Below, piece by piece: positions 1-22,858 of a DNA stretch of 64,000 nt. Numbering within the stretch: the first letter of the stretch is position 1; every line of letters begins with the position of its first letter. The position numbers and the translations under genes were made by a program. Source of the stretch: Hormiphora californensis. Its lineage: Eukaryota; Animalia; Ctenophora. The notes below the pieces were generated by a model that worked only from the letters and a program-made list of their open reading frames with translations, was not told where the DNA came from and made no database searches. The stretch covers positions 868,001 to 932,000 of the forward strand of contig CM035354.1 of the NCBI GenBank assembly GCA_020137815.1, in the 5' to 3' direction.

Positions 1-267
1 TGACCCGCCATTTTTGGCGTAATCGAGCACCATGACTCTCTCTCCCTGTGGTTTCACTCTCCTTCTATATCTACCTTTCTCTCCCCTCCCTCTCTCACAC
101 ACCGCTTCCCTTCCCAATTTAGAGCCATATATGCAACAGCATGCTGTACGCTAAACTGGGCCTGGATAAAACTGGTGTTTAAATAAATTTGTCAAAATCA
201 ATCCAAGGATGAGTCACAAAGCGAATTTTTTGTTGTCAAATGGAACTTCGGAGGAATTCAAACTTAC

Positions 268-573
268 CACGACCCAGCCCGCACGGAGAAAAACAACAAG
301 GCCAAAAATGTTGAGCATACAGGAGGTAAAGACGCCATCCCAGGTGCCGAAGAGGATTGGTTTCCTGATGAAGAAATTTGCTTTCCACCATTCCACCAAA
401 TAACTTTCCTGAAATACCCAAAAGGTTCAAAGTTAGGATCATTATGAGCAGCACTAATAGAAAATTAGGTACACTAACTACACGTATAAGCTTACGTCAA
501 TTTCATCCCATAGTTCTGTTTTCCTAGGCGAGGATCTACCCCGTGACTCCTCGTCCAGAAAGGGCTGGGCCAT
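268..573 (-). CDS. SLC12A8: Cation-chloride cotransporter family member SLC12A8-like, first two coding exons (gene continues beyond the left edge of the window)
   Basis: Exons 573-496 ([26 protein letters not shown]) and 408-268 ([47 protein letters not shown]) with GT-AG phase-0 junctions. The [22 protein letters not shown] motif is the SLC12A8 TM1 region. Confidence 0.85.
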
Positions 574-2359
574 TATTTAGGCAACTACCTCCATCATTCC
601 CGGCCCTACAGTGGAGGTTTAGTCAGCAGTGAGTTCTTGATCAACTAACGGATGTCGAAAATTTGAGCAACAAGGTGGAATTGTTTATTGTCACTGACAG
701 AGCCTTAGGAGTTAGCCGTTAGGGCTAAGGACAGAGCTAAAAACTCAGAACTCAGCTCTGATACAGTATGGTGACTGGATAAAAACTAAATGTTAACAAT
801 TTAGGGATTGTATGATTGACAGGGACGAGCAGTTATATCAAGTGGGGCAATAGACTCATTTTATATTTAATTTATTACAGATTTGATTATTATATGTGTC
901 TACACGTATTTATATTCAGGCCGATGTTGGCCGCCACCCCCTTCTTGAGACAAATGAGCAGAGAGAGGGAGTATGAGAGTATGACGGTGTGTGGGTAATT
1001 TATTATAATTTATTCTATCCTTTTTCTTTTCTTGTATGGAAATACAATTAGGGATGAGATGGAAATACGTTCTTGGTGGTGTGTAAGCGGTAAGCCGTGA
1101 CGTCGCCGTAAACAGAGTGCGAAAGCCAAAATTGAACAACAAAACTTGGCATACGTTGCAGGCCCCTTATAATATAATATAAGGGGCCTGGAGGGAATAC
1201 CGCGCTAGGGGGGAATATATAATCAATAATATCTCCGGTTCCAGATAAGGTACAGAAATCGTTTTGGTAGCGTTGGAAAGAAGAAGATAACAGCTTTCAA
1301 ATGCAACCAGTTTCAGGTCTCTATCTTATCAGGAACAGGAGATATGAACCAAACTCCGCAAAATCGAGTGCGGTAAAATAAAAAAATTCGAAATTTTAAT
1401 TCAAATTTGAAACAAAGTGTTCCTGCAGGGACCTGTGACGTCACTTTTTGAAAACAACCAATCTTTGAACGGCTATTGCTCAGCCTCCTCAAGTCCAATT
1501 AACTTTTCTCAAAAACAGCAAGGTAGATAATTGTCAGATCTAACAGCTAGTGAAAGAATCAAGCCAAACGGACTTCAGGGGCCAAAGTTATAAGCACCGC
1601 CGTTTTTTCGACCGCAAAGTTATTTTCGACCCAGCCGAGCTCAGACCAAACGCGCGCGCGGCATTCCCTCCAGTCCCCTCGTTGCGGGGGTGCGCGCATG
1701 AGGGGGCTGCAGCGCATTCCAACAACAAAACTTGAAAATTTCACATTTTAAGAATTTCGGCTCAGTTATTTAAATACGTCCGCGCGGCGCCACCCACAGA
1801 ATGCGCAGATAAGTTTTGCGCGCTTCAAACCAGGTCTACATACTTGCGCGCAGCTGAACTCTCTGAAACGTTTGGCGTTCGCGCCCGCCGATGAGTCGTG
1901 GATTTTGGACGCGTGTACCTCCGGACCAAAATGTTGAATATTCCTATTTCGTGTATTTATCAGGAACAGATTGTAGGACACATAAACACACTGATATACG
2001 AGTCGAACGAAATAGATCTTACATAGAGATACATTTCCTTGGTCCCCAAATGACATGCAAAAACATTAAATTTTCAAAATCACACACACAATCACACACT
2101 CTAAAACAATCACTGACACAGTGGATCTCATTGATACGCCTACAATTCGTCTAGTTACATTACTAATTACACACACATTAATATCGTCAGGATATCTCAC
2201 ACAATGATTCAGAAAGTTCCAGATTATAGCAGTCCAAAAAGTATATCAGCAAAATATCCACCATTCCCGGAAAGTTTAGCTCCAAAAACATCTAATCCAC
2301 GCTCCAGGGGTACTCCCAGGGGTCCACGACTAGACTATAAGCGTATCAATTTTCTCCAG

Positions 2360-7497
<5,138 letters not shown>

Positions 7498-8022
7498 GTC
7501 TTGCTAGTCTCTACTATAACACGATCAGATTTAGAGGAACTGTCAAAATAAAGTTGGCGTGTGGGGGGAATGTTGAGGAGTTGCTACTGTGGAATAGACA
7601 CTAGTGTACTAATAAGCTGGGGACTGGGGATCAGACAAGCAACAGAGAGGTGTGAATCTTGTGAGGGGTAAGGGGGAATGAACACAGGTGTCAAAGCTGC
7701 TCATAGTGTGTACTAATATTATGACAAATCATTGGAATCCAATAGTTATATACACTAGTAGTACACCGATTAGTAATGCCATGTAACATGTTGGACCTCA
7801 ATATTCCAGAACACACTGTTACATACTGACACTGCTGCTGTGTGCTTGTTATTGAGATTCGTGTGGGTGTGAGCAAAACACAAACAAGATATATAATATC
7901 ATGGAAATTGGAATATATAGCAAAACATTATTCAACATAATATATCTAACAATAAACCCTGAGATATCTGAACCAGCTCAGTCATATTTTATCTTTACAA
8001 ATTGTGCATTATATATCGCAAA

Positions 8023-10749
<2,727 letters not shown>

Positions 10750-11623
10750 GGCTACAAATAGAGAGAGACATGTGCCAACAAATAGAGAGAGAGATACATG
10801 GCTACAAATAGAGACATGTGACCCGACTGCAGGGGACTACGGTACATACCCTAGAGATCACACGCGACATCGCGAGAGAGAGCACAGCGCAGGATGGAGA
10901 GAAGGGGGGTGGGGCTCATGCCCTAACGGTGGCCTGGATTTCAGGCTGGTTTATAGGGATATCCTTGATCTAGACAGAGCGTGCTGTGGGTCTAACAAGG
11001 GGAGCTTTAACAGCTGACCAGTGGGGTTGTTTAAAATTAATTCCCAATGTAATAATAAACGGGTTTTTCGCCACAGAACAAAGCCACTTTTTCGCTTATT
11101 TTCTGTGGAAACTCTTTACTTATTTCCACTTTATTTCGTACACCAGGTTACCTCAGAGAAAACATCATCTTTCTTTCCAGCTCCTTTTTATAACAACCCC
11201 CCCCCCCCCCCTCTCTCTATCTCTCCAACAGATCGGCCAACAACTCCCTCTGTTTCACGCATTACCGCGTGTCAAATGATGACTCCCAGGTGCTGCTTGC
11301 TGGTTTGCAGTTGGGAGCACTGCTTGCTGCCCTCCTATCACGTGTGTGTGTTCCCGGGGCGGCCATGGGGCAATGTGTTTCTCAACCAGACATGCACAAT
11401 TTTATTAAACAAAGCAGAGAGAGAGAGAGATATGGAGCAAGGCTATATTGCCCTGGGAGCAGCAGGGATGCTGCATCCCCCTGTTATATCATGTGAGTGA
11501 GATCTTTAAAACCTGGAGAGAGAATGGAGAGAAAGAGAGCCGGGGGCTCGGGATTTTGCCCCCTACATAAGTGCACCTTTTAAAACTTTGTGAGAGAACA
11601 AAGAAGGAAGCTTCTTAGAAAAT

Positions 11624-11693
<70 letters not shown>

Positions 11694-13202
11694 TATCTTT
11701 CCTATTTCTCGCTCTATCATCATCAATCATCAGCAGGGAAACCAAGCATAAGGCATTTGTTTTGAGTGGTGAGATAAGTTGTCTTGGTTTATTATGTAAT
11801 GCCTCAAAAAGTGTACCAACTGGCAACTACCATCTCCATTAGAAGATAGGTGCACTATGAAGAACAATATTGCGTATAATTGCACCATTTCCCCCTCCGC
11901 TGATCACATCAATATGTTTGGTTTATTGCACCATACCCATGGCCCCTTCCTTCCCCTGGCCCCTGGCTGGTGCGTGTTTGACATATTGTAATAATATGCT
12001 CACGTCCCCACCACCTCCTCTGGCCCTGATGTGTTTGGTTCACGTGTGAGGGTGAGGTGAACTGTTTTTGGAAGTGTTATGGAGAAGAAAAAGACGGGTC
12101 TAAATAAAACTCTAGAACACACACACAAACATTTAAGAGACATGTATGTAGTACCGCAACAGAAATCAGATTTAATACACAACAACGCATTTTAAATGTG
12201 TGGAACACTGTTTTTGGTTGCACCCCTCTACCGCACATCTCTTTCGCAAAGTGGGAGATAGTGAGGAGATCTGATCCTCTATCTATCTCCTCGATCTATA
12301 ATCTAAACCTAGCTGCAAGATGGGCGGTAGAGGGGGCCAATGGAAGCTGGGGATGGTGCATGCATGAGGAGGGTGGTGTGGGGAACTGATATACCTTCAC
12401 GTGAAATAAACAATTTCAAATACAGTGTACAATGAGGTTTACCGTTCTCTCTCTTCTGACTTGATCATCATTGAACAAATAGATATATTCAACAAATAAA
12501 TCAAACACTTTCCCTCTCTTATTTAGGGATCACGGAGAGACAAATTTAATTTACGCATGCATTAATTCTCTCTTCTCATACAACTAACAAAATATTGGTT
12601 AGTATAGCGTTCCAACACACGTTCAATAACTAATGACGACCAGGCATCTCGCTTTTACTACTAATAACCCTTTAACAGTCCTAATAATAACTGGCTCAAT
12701 CTCACACGTGTTTCTCTGTTTAGTACGTGAGCAGCACCGAACCTCAGTTTAAAATACAGTTTCTTGAGTGAGTTGATATCGCGTGTAATTACACGTGTTT
12801 TGTGTGTGATTTGGAAATAATCAACAAATGATGGAGGATGTATATATTAGCTATTTACAAAATTGTGATATATTAATAATGTTAATGTCCTAAAAATTAA
12901 CGGAGCTCTAGAAACTTTTCACACAACAATTGACACAACAACGCATCATATAGCTCAACTGTACTTGACTCATGTGTGATGCTATCGTTGCACCTCTCTA
13001 AAAGATAACCCGCTATCTCCAACTATTATCAGATCACTAGATATACAACAGATACATATCTCTCACTAGTTCACGTTACAGTCACATGAGCAGGCGACAG
13101 TGTCGGCGTGTCCTTCATTATCACCTCACTATTAAACTGTTGCGTCTGATGGAAGTCATCTGTAACATCTAACACTATCATCCTGTAGGTGTGTCGTACT
13201 GC

Positions 13203-14945
13203 TCACAACAGGGGCTGTTGGTGGTGCAGGGGCAGATGATGGGAGAGCTGGTTGCCGTCTTTAGAATGTCCTGGTTTATTCGAGTTGATCACATTTTGGA
13301 TGTCAAACGTGGTCTGCTGCTGTGCCAGGATATGTTGTTGTAATTGTTGCTGGTGTAACTGTTGTTGCAGTTGTTGTTGCAGCGTCAGCTCTCTCGCGTG
13401 GTTATCGCTCATGTCCCGGATCCGCTGTTTTAGTTCGTCCAGGGGATCATCGGCCTTCCGTTTCTCTCCGATCTGGTGGATCACTTTCCCGGCGGTGGCT
13501 GATTTTAGCGCCACATCCAGGAGGGTCTGGTCCAGGGAAGGGGTAACGACATGGTGCTGCTGGGTGGGTTGCTTTGGTGGTTGGTCTTTCTTCTGGGAAT
13601 GGACTGTGCTAATATGGAACTTCATGTGATCCTTTCGACCGAACTTCTTCCCACAGTCCTCACAGGTAAACCGTTTGATCTTCTGATGTATGGTCTCGTG
13701 GTGGCGTTTCAGTGCTCCTGGGGATCCAAAGGTTTTCTTACAGATGTCACAGATGATCTTCTTGATGTGACTGTGCCGGGTTGCAATGTGTCGTTCCATC
13801 TGGTAGGAGTACTGGAAGGTCTGCCCACAATCACTACAGAACAACTTCTCCTTCGAGGACCGCTTTGTGGGTGTAGGGGCGGGGAGACTGGGTGGAGGGG
13901 CCTGCGGTTGGGGCGGTTCGATTGTGATTTCAGGCTCCAACAGGTGTTGGATGGGGAAGAAGCTTGTAGTGGGGATCTGTGTGTACATCTGCTGAGGTTC
14001 ACTCTTGATCAACACCTGAAGCTCATGGGCTACTGCGTTGTTAGCTGAGAGGGCCTGTGAGAGGGCCGTTACAGCATCTTTATTCCGAGGGGATGGATCA
14101 TTGAACACATCAAACAGCGCTTTTACCTCATCCATGTAGTTCTTTAGTTCGGAAACTTGTTTCTCCAGCTTTTGGGTGTCCTTCGGGGCCTCTGTAACAT
14201 TCCCGTTCTCACACTTGTTCTCATCAGTCGATTTGGTGGGGGATTCAAAGGAGGGAGGTGGCAGGGGGGACTGGCTGGAGGGGGTACCCACGGTTGGGTT
14301 AGGGGTACCGATGGTGGGATTAGGGGTACCGATGGTGGGATTAGGGGTACCGATGGTGGGATTAGGGGTACCGATGCTGGGGTTAGGGGTACCGACGGTT
14401 GGGTTAGGGGTACCGTTGGATACAACTGGTGGTTGAGGGCTGCTCATAGGAGGCGAGGCTGGGGCCGTGACTGCTGATGAGGTGGCATTACCAGGACTGT
14501 TTGCAGCGTTTGTAGTGTTAGTTGTTGTGTTGTTATTTTGGAGCTGTTTCAGCTGGAGCTGGATGTTCTGGTTGATTTGATTCACCCACCCGGCCTTATC
14601 ACCATTCTCCAACTTCACCTCGGGCTTGGGGGCCAACTTCCTTAGCGCCTCGGGGACAGCAGGCGGGGTTGTCACAGCAGGGGCAGTTGAAGTGGTTGAT
14701 GATTTGCTGCTGGGTCCCTGAAGGAGCTTGTTTGCCTCCCCGATCAAGATGAAGTTCTTCACAACATCGAGACACGCCTGCTCTGTTTCATGGTACAGCT
14801 TCGCCACGATGGTGGTGTCGGCATTGAAGGTGGGACACACTTCATACAAGGTCTTGAGGAGCCTTTCCAGGACTGATGAGCTCAGGAGCTGACAAAGAAC
14901 ATGCCATTTCAGGCTTTCCTCGTTCAAACGTAGCAACTGATCCAT
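13203..14945 (-). CDS. C2H2 zinc-finger transcription factor (three tandem fingers, Pro/Gln-rich regions)
   Basis: 580-aa ORF with CSDC..H..H, CDIC..H..H and CEDC..H..H fingers and a polyQ C-terminal region. A splice acceptor (ctcccAG) lies 2 nt before the ATG, so upstream exons are possible. Confidence 0.85.
   Translation of the reverse strand: MDQLLRLNEESLKWHVLCQLLSSSVLERLLKTLYEVCPTFNADTTIVAKLYHETEQACLDVVKNFILIGEANKLLQGPSSKSSTTSTAPAVTTPPAVPEALRKLAPKPEVKLENGDKAGWVNQINQNIQLQLKQLQNNNTTTNTTNAANSPGNATSSAVTAPASPPMSSPQPPVVSNGTPNPTVGTPNPSIGTPNPTIGTPNPTIGTPNPTIGTPNPTVGTPSSQSPLPPPSFESPTKSTDENKCENGNVTEAPKDTQKLEKQVSELKNYMDEVKALFDVFNDPSPRNKDAVTALSQALSANNAVAHELQVLIKSEPQQMYTQIPTTSFFPIQHLLEPEITIEPPQPQAPPPSLPAPTPTKRSSKEKLFCSDCGQTFQYSYQMERHIATRHSHIKKIICDICKKTFGSPGALKRHHETIHQKIKRFTCEDCGKKFGRKDHMKFHISTVHSQKKDQPPKQPTQQHHVVTPSLDQTLLDVALKSATAGKVIHQIGEKRKADDPLDELKQRIRDMSDNHARELTLQQQLQQQLHQQQLQQHILAQQQTTFDIQNVINSNKPGHSKDGNQLSHHLPLHHQQPLL
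14281..14415 (-). repeat. Coding 21-bp minisatellite encoding (GTPNPT/S-I/V) x ~6
   Basis: Unit ggggtaccgatggtgggatta repeated in frame within the zinc-finger ORF. Confidence 0.9.
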
Positions 14946-16532
14946 CCCTGGGAGTAAGGAGATATTTAGTTTGATGAAGGAGTAAAAATAATAGATATCA
15001 AAATAAGGCAGGGGAATATTTGTTAGATAGAGGCACGTGAGTAGACGACAAAATTAACAACTGCAAGAGAGAGAAACAAGGACTAGGCACACGTAGTAGT
15101 ATCAAGTGTTCTGGGCAGTTTAACTGTTCCGGTCCGTGGCAGTCAAGGTCATGTGAGAGAGGGGGGACCACAGCACCACCATCTTGAGACCACTGGCTAC
15201 AAGTTACAACAACAAAATAAAGAAATAAAGATAGATAGATAGGAGGAGAGGGAGGTGGATCAACACACAGACAGATGGTCTATAGGATGGCAAATTAGCC
15301 GTACCTCACTGTAGTGCACATTAAATATAGGTAGAGAGGGAGAGAGAGGGAGGGAGAGAGAGATAGAGAGGGAGGGAGAGAGAGAGAGAGAGAGAGTCTC
15401 CTCCTCTTGGTTTTGTGGTCTCCACCAATAGTACGATAGATCTATAGACCGTTATTGGACTCCATTAATTAGAAGTATGAACGATAAGAGTAAGACAGTG
15501 CATTTCCGCCACGCGCCCTGATCCTCATGTCTTGAGCGAACAGAGAGAGAGAGAGAGGAGGAGGGAGGAGGAGGAGGAGGGAGGGAGAGAAAGGGATGGA
15601 GAGAAAGGGAGGATGGAGAGAAAGGGATAGAGAGAAAGGGAGGATGAAGAGAAAGGGAGGATGGAGAGAAAGGGATGGATAGAGAGGGTAGATCGGTCCG
15701 CGACCGCACTGGTAATGACCTGACTTAGGGGGGGAGCTCTGTAGTGATGGGAGGAGCCGTGTAGAGAGGACCACCTCCCTGGATCAGATAGAGAGAGAAG
15801 TGAGAAAGATAGAGAGAGAGAGAGAGAGGAGTGAGAAAATTAGGCACACACCACCATCGAGGAGGATAGATTAAGATAGATTACGATCTCGAAGGCTAGA
15901 GCTATCCCAATATAGCCGTGCGATATATAACGACCAAGCTACCTCTCTCGGTGAGCATGCTGCATGATGTCTGTCAGACCTGATTTTATATAGCGGGGAG
16001 GGAGGGTCGCAAATCTCGAATTATGCGTTAGAGTCGATAAGATGGCGAAATTCACGACGCAGAGGAGGAGCTATCTCTTCATACTCGATGACATAGGACG
16101 CTATTGTTTGCGTTAAATCAGCTGAACAGCAAATCGGCCCCTGAGTACTGTTTTACAAGTTTCCTCCCTTCCCAGAACTTCCGGTAGTAGTCTAGGAGAA
16201 TGGAGGGAGAGAGAGGAAGAGGACACATGCAGAGGGAATGGAGGGGGACACAGAGAGGGGCAGGACACATGCAGAGCTGGAGATGGCATATATATGCAGA
16301 GAACTTGAACAAAGAACAAAGAAGAGGAAGGTGAAAAAGGGGCGGGTACCTTGGGCACATCCGTCAAAAGGAAAGAGGAACCAAGGAACGAAAAGAACTC
16401 ATATGGGGAAAGAAGGGGGCTCAGCTGTCGCCCTGGTATAATATGAAGTCATAATCGCATTAAACCAAAGCAGAGCAAGCTCAACAACATGTGGTGGGGG
16501 GATCAAAATAACCCCAACAGATGAGGTGCCCA

Positions 16533-16629
<97 letters not shown>

Positions 16630-17009
16630 GGGAGAGAGAGATAGAAAGAAGAGGGACTGCTCCTGCAGCCGGGGCCAGGGTACCGAAATAGTCGCACAAA
16701 CCATATAATGTCATTATCGGACATTTGTGAAGAGAAGGGGGTTAAAAATGGTGACAAGACCAGATGTGGGAGAGAGGGAGGGAGAGAGAGAGAGAGAGAG
16801 AGAGAAAAAGAAAGAGGGAGAGTTCATATATTATGCTGGTATAATGTTTTTTATTGGGAAACGAGTTAACGTTGTAAACAGGATGGGCCGGGCGGTGTTT
16901 TGGTCACAAACAATTTAATGCACCCTGGTTATATTGGAACTACCGACGAGAAGCAGAATACTTGGCAACTGTCATAACCCAGGTCACACAAAGATAGTGG
17001 TCCTGTACT

Positions 17010-17300
17010 TGGTTACACTCACAGCCACCATGTTAACCATGTCACCTGTCACCATGGCAACTGTTAGTGACACTCACAGTCACCATGCAGGTAACTGTTA
17101 GTGACACCAACTGTTACCATGGTAACTGTTAGTGACACCAACAGTTACCATGCAGGTAACTGTTAGTGACACCAACAGTTACCATGTCACCTGTCACCAT
17201 GGTAACTGTTAGTGACACTCACAGTCACCATGGTAACCGGTGGTAAATGTTAGTGACACTCACAGTCACCATGTTAATCATGTCACCATGGTTACTGTTA
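17010..17300. repeat. Degenerate minisatellite with palindromic core (gttaccatggtaac / actgttagtgacac)
   Basis: Recurrent accatggtaactgttagtgacac(tcacagtc/caacagtt) units of ~30-35 bp with no unique spacers. Confidence 0.8.
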
Positions 17301-17512
17301 CTAGATCTGGTACTCAGAGCAGCTTCCCCCAAGCTGGTTACGGCATCACCGGGGGAGGAGGAAGGACATGAGCTCACACAAAGGAAGGAGCATAGTACCC
17401 TGCAACGGCCAACCAATGGAACGACGTGGTATAATAAAGGTAGGGGCGAGTTCCTGTAGTAGTAAAGAGAGAGAGAGAGAGAGAGAAGGGGGAGAGAGAG
17501 AGAGAGAGAGGG

Positions 17513-17599
<87 letters not shown>

Positions 17600-18508
17600 G
17601 AGACAGAGCTAGCTCTCAGCATTTCAAAAACACCCTTTAACAGTAAAGTGCGATGGGTAAAGCTGAGGATTGCAGTAATCCCGTGTGGCTACTACCTTCT
17701 CCCACTATTAGAGAGCCCCTCTCTCTCTGCCCTCTCTCTCTCTCTCCCTCTCACCAAACCCCGATGAGGAAAATGGGGAGGACCTATCAGGTATCATCCA
17801 ACTAAAACGGTGCACCCAATCCCCCACGATGATGCTGACGACAGTTCACACCCTCTCATATCCTCCCTTCTCTCTCTCCCTCTCCCCTCTCTCTCCATCT
17901 TTCTCTCTCTCTCTCTATCAGTGTTTCTCCCTCTCAGCGGGGGAGCGTACCAAAAACTTGCGATCCAAGAAAAACGGCCGGATGACGGAGTCACGTGTGG
18001 AAAATGGAGGACGCTGATTGGTGTAGAGGAGGCTTGTATTGGCTCGAAGTGCCCGGTTGCTTAATTAAGATGATGAGGTAGATCGCAGCAGCAGCACTCC
18101 CTGGGGTCAAGCAACGCTCCAACCCACCCCCAGCTGAGTCACCCCCTCCACAATCTCAATCTCACCCTCTATATCACTTTCTCGCTCTCCATCTCATTCC
18201 AGTGAATCTCTCTCTCTCTCATTCGTCATCTCTCTCTCCCTTCTCTCACCACTATCCGGACACGGCAAAGCGAAGCCAACAACCTGTGGATCACGTGATC
18301 TCCTTGGAATCGGTGTTACCATGGTAACCCATCTCAGAGAGGGGCAACAGGAATACCAAATAAAATGTAACTAATGCGAATACTATATAGTAATTACCCT
18401 CCAGTATTGCCCTCCAGTACTATACTAGAATAGCGGACTAGCTAATAATTGGACCAGTTCTCTTCTAGTGGCACAATCACTGGGGAAGAGAGTAGGGTAC
18501 CAGGTGGA

Positions 18509-18634
<126 letters not shown>

Positions 18635-18953
18635 GAGAGAGATGGGGAGAAAGGAAGAGAGTGGATGCATATACCAAATGAAAATATGAAATAAGGTAAA
18701 GCAGTTCACGACCGATGGGTAAAATAATACGAAGAGAAGGCGATGGGGAGAGAGAGACAGGGAGCGAGAGTGATGGGGAGAGAGAAAGAGTGAGGGAGCG
18801 AGAGAGAGTGAGCGAAATAGAGGGTACAGCAGTACTAGGAGGTTAAAGAGATTGGCTTGATGTATTACAAGTCCAGGGGGTTGAAGGGTTGGTAGGGTGT
18901 GAGAGAAGGGAGAAGCAATTGAGCAGAGGCAGTACCTGGGTTCAGATTGAAGT

Positions 18954-18989
<36 letters not shown>

Positions 18990-18990
18990 T

Positions 18991-19060
<70 letters not shown>

Positions 19061-19181
19061 CGATCATATTGAGGAATGGAAGAGTTAGGGGGAGGTCCTG
19101 GGTTCAAGGGTAGAGATCTAACAAGTGGTGTCAATCAAATTAATTTAACTGCATACACTTCACCAAGCAAGGTGCCTGGTC

Positions 19182-19224
<43 letters not shown>

Positions 19225-19790
19225 GAGAGAGAGACTTACTTTTGAGTAAGTATCTCTCTAGTGAAAAAGAGTGATGTGAAGGGATGTGGATACTCAGGAA
19301 AGCTAGTTATGGGATATAATACGACTGAAGGAGAATGAAAGTGAGGGTGTGGGAGAAAGGGATGGGGAGCGAGAGGAAGATAGAGAGAGAGGGATAGTTT
19401 CCGAAGATTCATTGCATAAGGTAAAAAGGAGGAAGAGTAATTCATCTGGTTATCAAATGAATTCAGACAAATTGCTTGAACAAAAACTTAAATATTATGA
19501 TGAAAACAAGATTAACTATTTGCTAACTTTTGATATTATCGCAATCTAAACCAAGATAAGACATTGCAAAAGTCAAGCGACCCTCCCCTGCAAATAAGAG
19601 ACACTTCAAAAGACACTTCAAAAGACACTCCAAATAAGAGACACTTCAAGCAAAAGACCAGGAAAAAATCTGTAACCAGCAAAAACCTTGTTGTGGGGTG
19701 TGGAGGAGCAAGCAAGGAGGTAAAATAAAAAGTCTCCCCCCACTTGAGGCACCCTGTTAGTAGGGAAGGATGAGAGAGAGAGAGAGTGAG

Positions 19791-19827
<37 letters not shown>

Positions 19828-19994
19828 AAGAGAGAGAGCTAAGAATAGCTTACTCTTTAAAACTCTTCAACCAAAAAAGATAATGGGGGTGCCACCCCCG
19901 GAGAAGCCCTCTCAATCTCTTCCCAAATTTACTCACCAAACCACTCACGCTTTTACCGGTTATATAGTGCTATCTTTTAACTAAAAAGGAGAGG

Positions 19995-20090
<96 letters not shown>

Positions 20091-21636
20091 ATGCTTTTTG
20101 GGAAGAGTAGATCGTTTCTAGATTGGGAGGAAGGCCCAATAAGAATTAAGGGAACGGGCGCTAACACAAATTACGATGTGGGGAAGCAGAAAAATTTTGT
20201 GCATTTGGGAACGGATTTTAGAGTGAGGGAGAGAATTAGAAGACAGAGAGGGAGAGGTGAGATACATCAGCAGCCGGGGACAGAAAGGTAATGGAGGGTG
20301 AAAGGTGGGGCTCACTATGTAGCAAATGGGAAATAATACCGTGTGAATTATGGGGATGGTAAATGCATAATACCAAATCTATTAGTTCTCTCTCAACCCC
20401 CCATAACGGGAGGGGGAGAGAGGCCTTCTATTAGCTCTCAACTCTCTCTTGGGGCCCAGATCGGGGGAGAAAGAGGGGTTCCTATACATTAGTTGATACA
20501 AGGAGTGGTTGTTCTTACAGATAATATATTGTCATGCAGTAACAACAGGAATCTAGTTAGGCTTGATAAGACTGTGTGGCGAAAAAAACGATTTTCGGAA
20601 AGTTATAAAAAGCAAACACGGATCATCAACTTCTGCGATTAGAAAACACGGAGCAACTAACACTTCGGCTATTAGAAAAAGGTCGGAAAGAGCTCAAGAA
20701 ACTTGGGGAGGCAGAGAAGGGGAGGGAGAGAGAGAGAGGGGGCAGCAAGCACACTACAAGCACCAGAGCTAGGGTGCGTTTCGGTGGACCACACCACGTG
20801 ATACGCTGCATAGCTTGAGAGTAGCAAGCTCTCTCACAAGCAACCCCACAAGAAAAACTCTCATAGTGAGAGAGGGGAAGAGAGGGAGAGAGAGAGAGGG
20901 GAAGAGAGAAGGAGGCAGAGACAGAAAGAGAAGGAGAAAGAGAAGGAGAGAGAGATTGTCCCCCAATGTGGCTGCTTTTAAGCACGAAGTGCAGTGTTTG
21001 GCAACTGCTGAAGGGTTACTAGGGTGACTATGCTCATCTAACTGAGAGAGGAAGAGAGAAGGAGGGAGAGAGAGAGAAGGGGAGAAAGCCACCAGTGGTG
21101 CTCTATGGTGCATGTTATCAATAGAGGGGGGAGTTGAAAGGTGGAGTAGTCAGTGATGATCTGTTCTCTTACCGTTCACCGGGGCAGCGCCACGTTTACA
21201 ACTAGAATGAAAGGAAATGAGAAGGAGAGAGATAGAGAGAGGGGAGAGGATAGGGAGAGAGAGATGAAAGGGAAGAGAGGGAAAGATAGTTATAGAGCTA
21301 GAAGCGCATATTAAGAAGAAGAAGGAGCACTTTTTAACACAGACCACGTGAGAAAATGAGAACAGCTGCGCTCCGGGAGCTTTGTAAAACAATGGGGGAA
21401 CTAAGAAAGGTGCAGTGCTGGGTGAATGGGTAGTCAGGTAAGGTTACCACCACCACACCTCTATCTCCCAAACAGAGCTTCCAACCACCAAGGGGACAGC
21501 TGTGCTGTGTGCTTTATCTCCCCCACCATAAAACACACAAAGGGAACCACCACGAGAGAGAGCGACGGAGAGAGAGAGGGGAGTATATAGACAGGTGCTC
21601 TCGTGAGGTGAGCTTCCCGGAAGTAGCTCCCAAAGT

Positions 21637-21695
<59 letters not shown>

Positions 21696-22807
21696 TTCTC
21701 TACTAAGCAGCAATATTGTCTAGCCCGCTATTGGAGGTCGCCACCTCGGCCTCTAACAAAACATTATTTTTAGCACAGTGCTGGGCTTTGGTGAGGCCCA
21801 CGTGACTTTAATAACAGAGAGAGAGGGGGTGCGATAAACAGAGATAGAGGGTAGATAAACAGAAAGAGAGAGAGGCCGGGTGTTGTAGCTATATTGCATC
21901 ACCCAGGCACAAAAAGAACGGTGGAGGAAGCATCAGCAGAGCTATAGTTATCAAGCTATCATAACATCTTATTTCGATTAGTTGTCAAGCTGATAAGCAC
22001 GAAGAAAATATAATTGAAATTGAGAATTATTATAAAGGGGAAGAGCGAAAATCGGTTAAAAAGTTATAACTATCTCTCAAACCCTTCCTTAAAATGAGGG
22101 GCTAATTTGCCAAAAACTGAAATATTAAATTAGCTTTTCGTTTTTTTCTCCTTCATTCGCTGATCAAAGTCATATCGAGTGCCGAGCAGGGTGACGGAAT
22201 GAGATAAAGATCGTATTAGGGGAGCACTAAAACATGATCCGACGAAACGGGTAGAAGTCTAAAGTAGGGAGATACTCTCTCTCCCTCTCTCCCCTGTTTC
22301 GACATCTCTCTCTCCCCCACTCTCTCTTATATTGCAGATAAAGATCAGAGAGGGGGTCCCCGATACTACATACTGCATGTCAGGGGTCCAATATATACTG
22401 ACAGGTTCACTAGCATAAGTTTAGTGCTGTGCATCGGGGTGAGTATATAGTACCCCCCTATATCACCTTTTTTGAGATAGAGATAGAGAGATAGAGAGAT
22501 AGAGAGGTAGAGAGATAGAGAGAGGACAAGTTTAGTGCTCTCAGGGAGTTACGACTATATCGCCTATTGGGAGAGGAAGTGAGCTAGATATGGAGAGGAG
22601 AGGTCGATATAGATAGGGGAAATAGATAGCTAAGGAGAGGGAGAGAGAGAGAGAGAGAGAAAGAGATAGATGAGGAAAGAACGGCCTAATATCGGCACTT
22701 CAATAGATGAAGTGTGTCCGCTATAAACTGATATGGAACTGATGAGGATAGGAGGGAGATAGAGAGTTGGGAGAGAGGGAGGGGGAGAGAGCGAGAGAGG
22801 GAGAAAA

Positions 22808-22858
<51 letters not shown>

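Noticed and set aside
1159-1190. Perfect 12-bp-stem hairpin caggccccttat...ataaggggcctg
   Set aside because: No TSD or associated element could be defined, and a bacterial-type terminator is not meaningful in this context.
13252-14477. Antisense and alternative-frame ORFs over the zinc-finger gene (and over M13, FRA10AC1 and the LINE ORFs)
   Set aside because: Shadow ORFs of real coding sequence.
17010-17300. CRISPR-like appearance of palindromic repeats (also the 13-bp array at 37323-37453)
   Set aside because: No unique spacers, no cas genes and a eukaryotic context; these are ordinary minisatellites.
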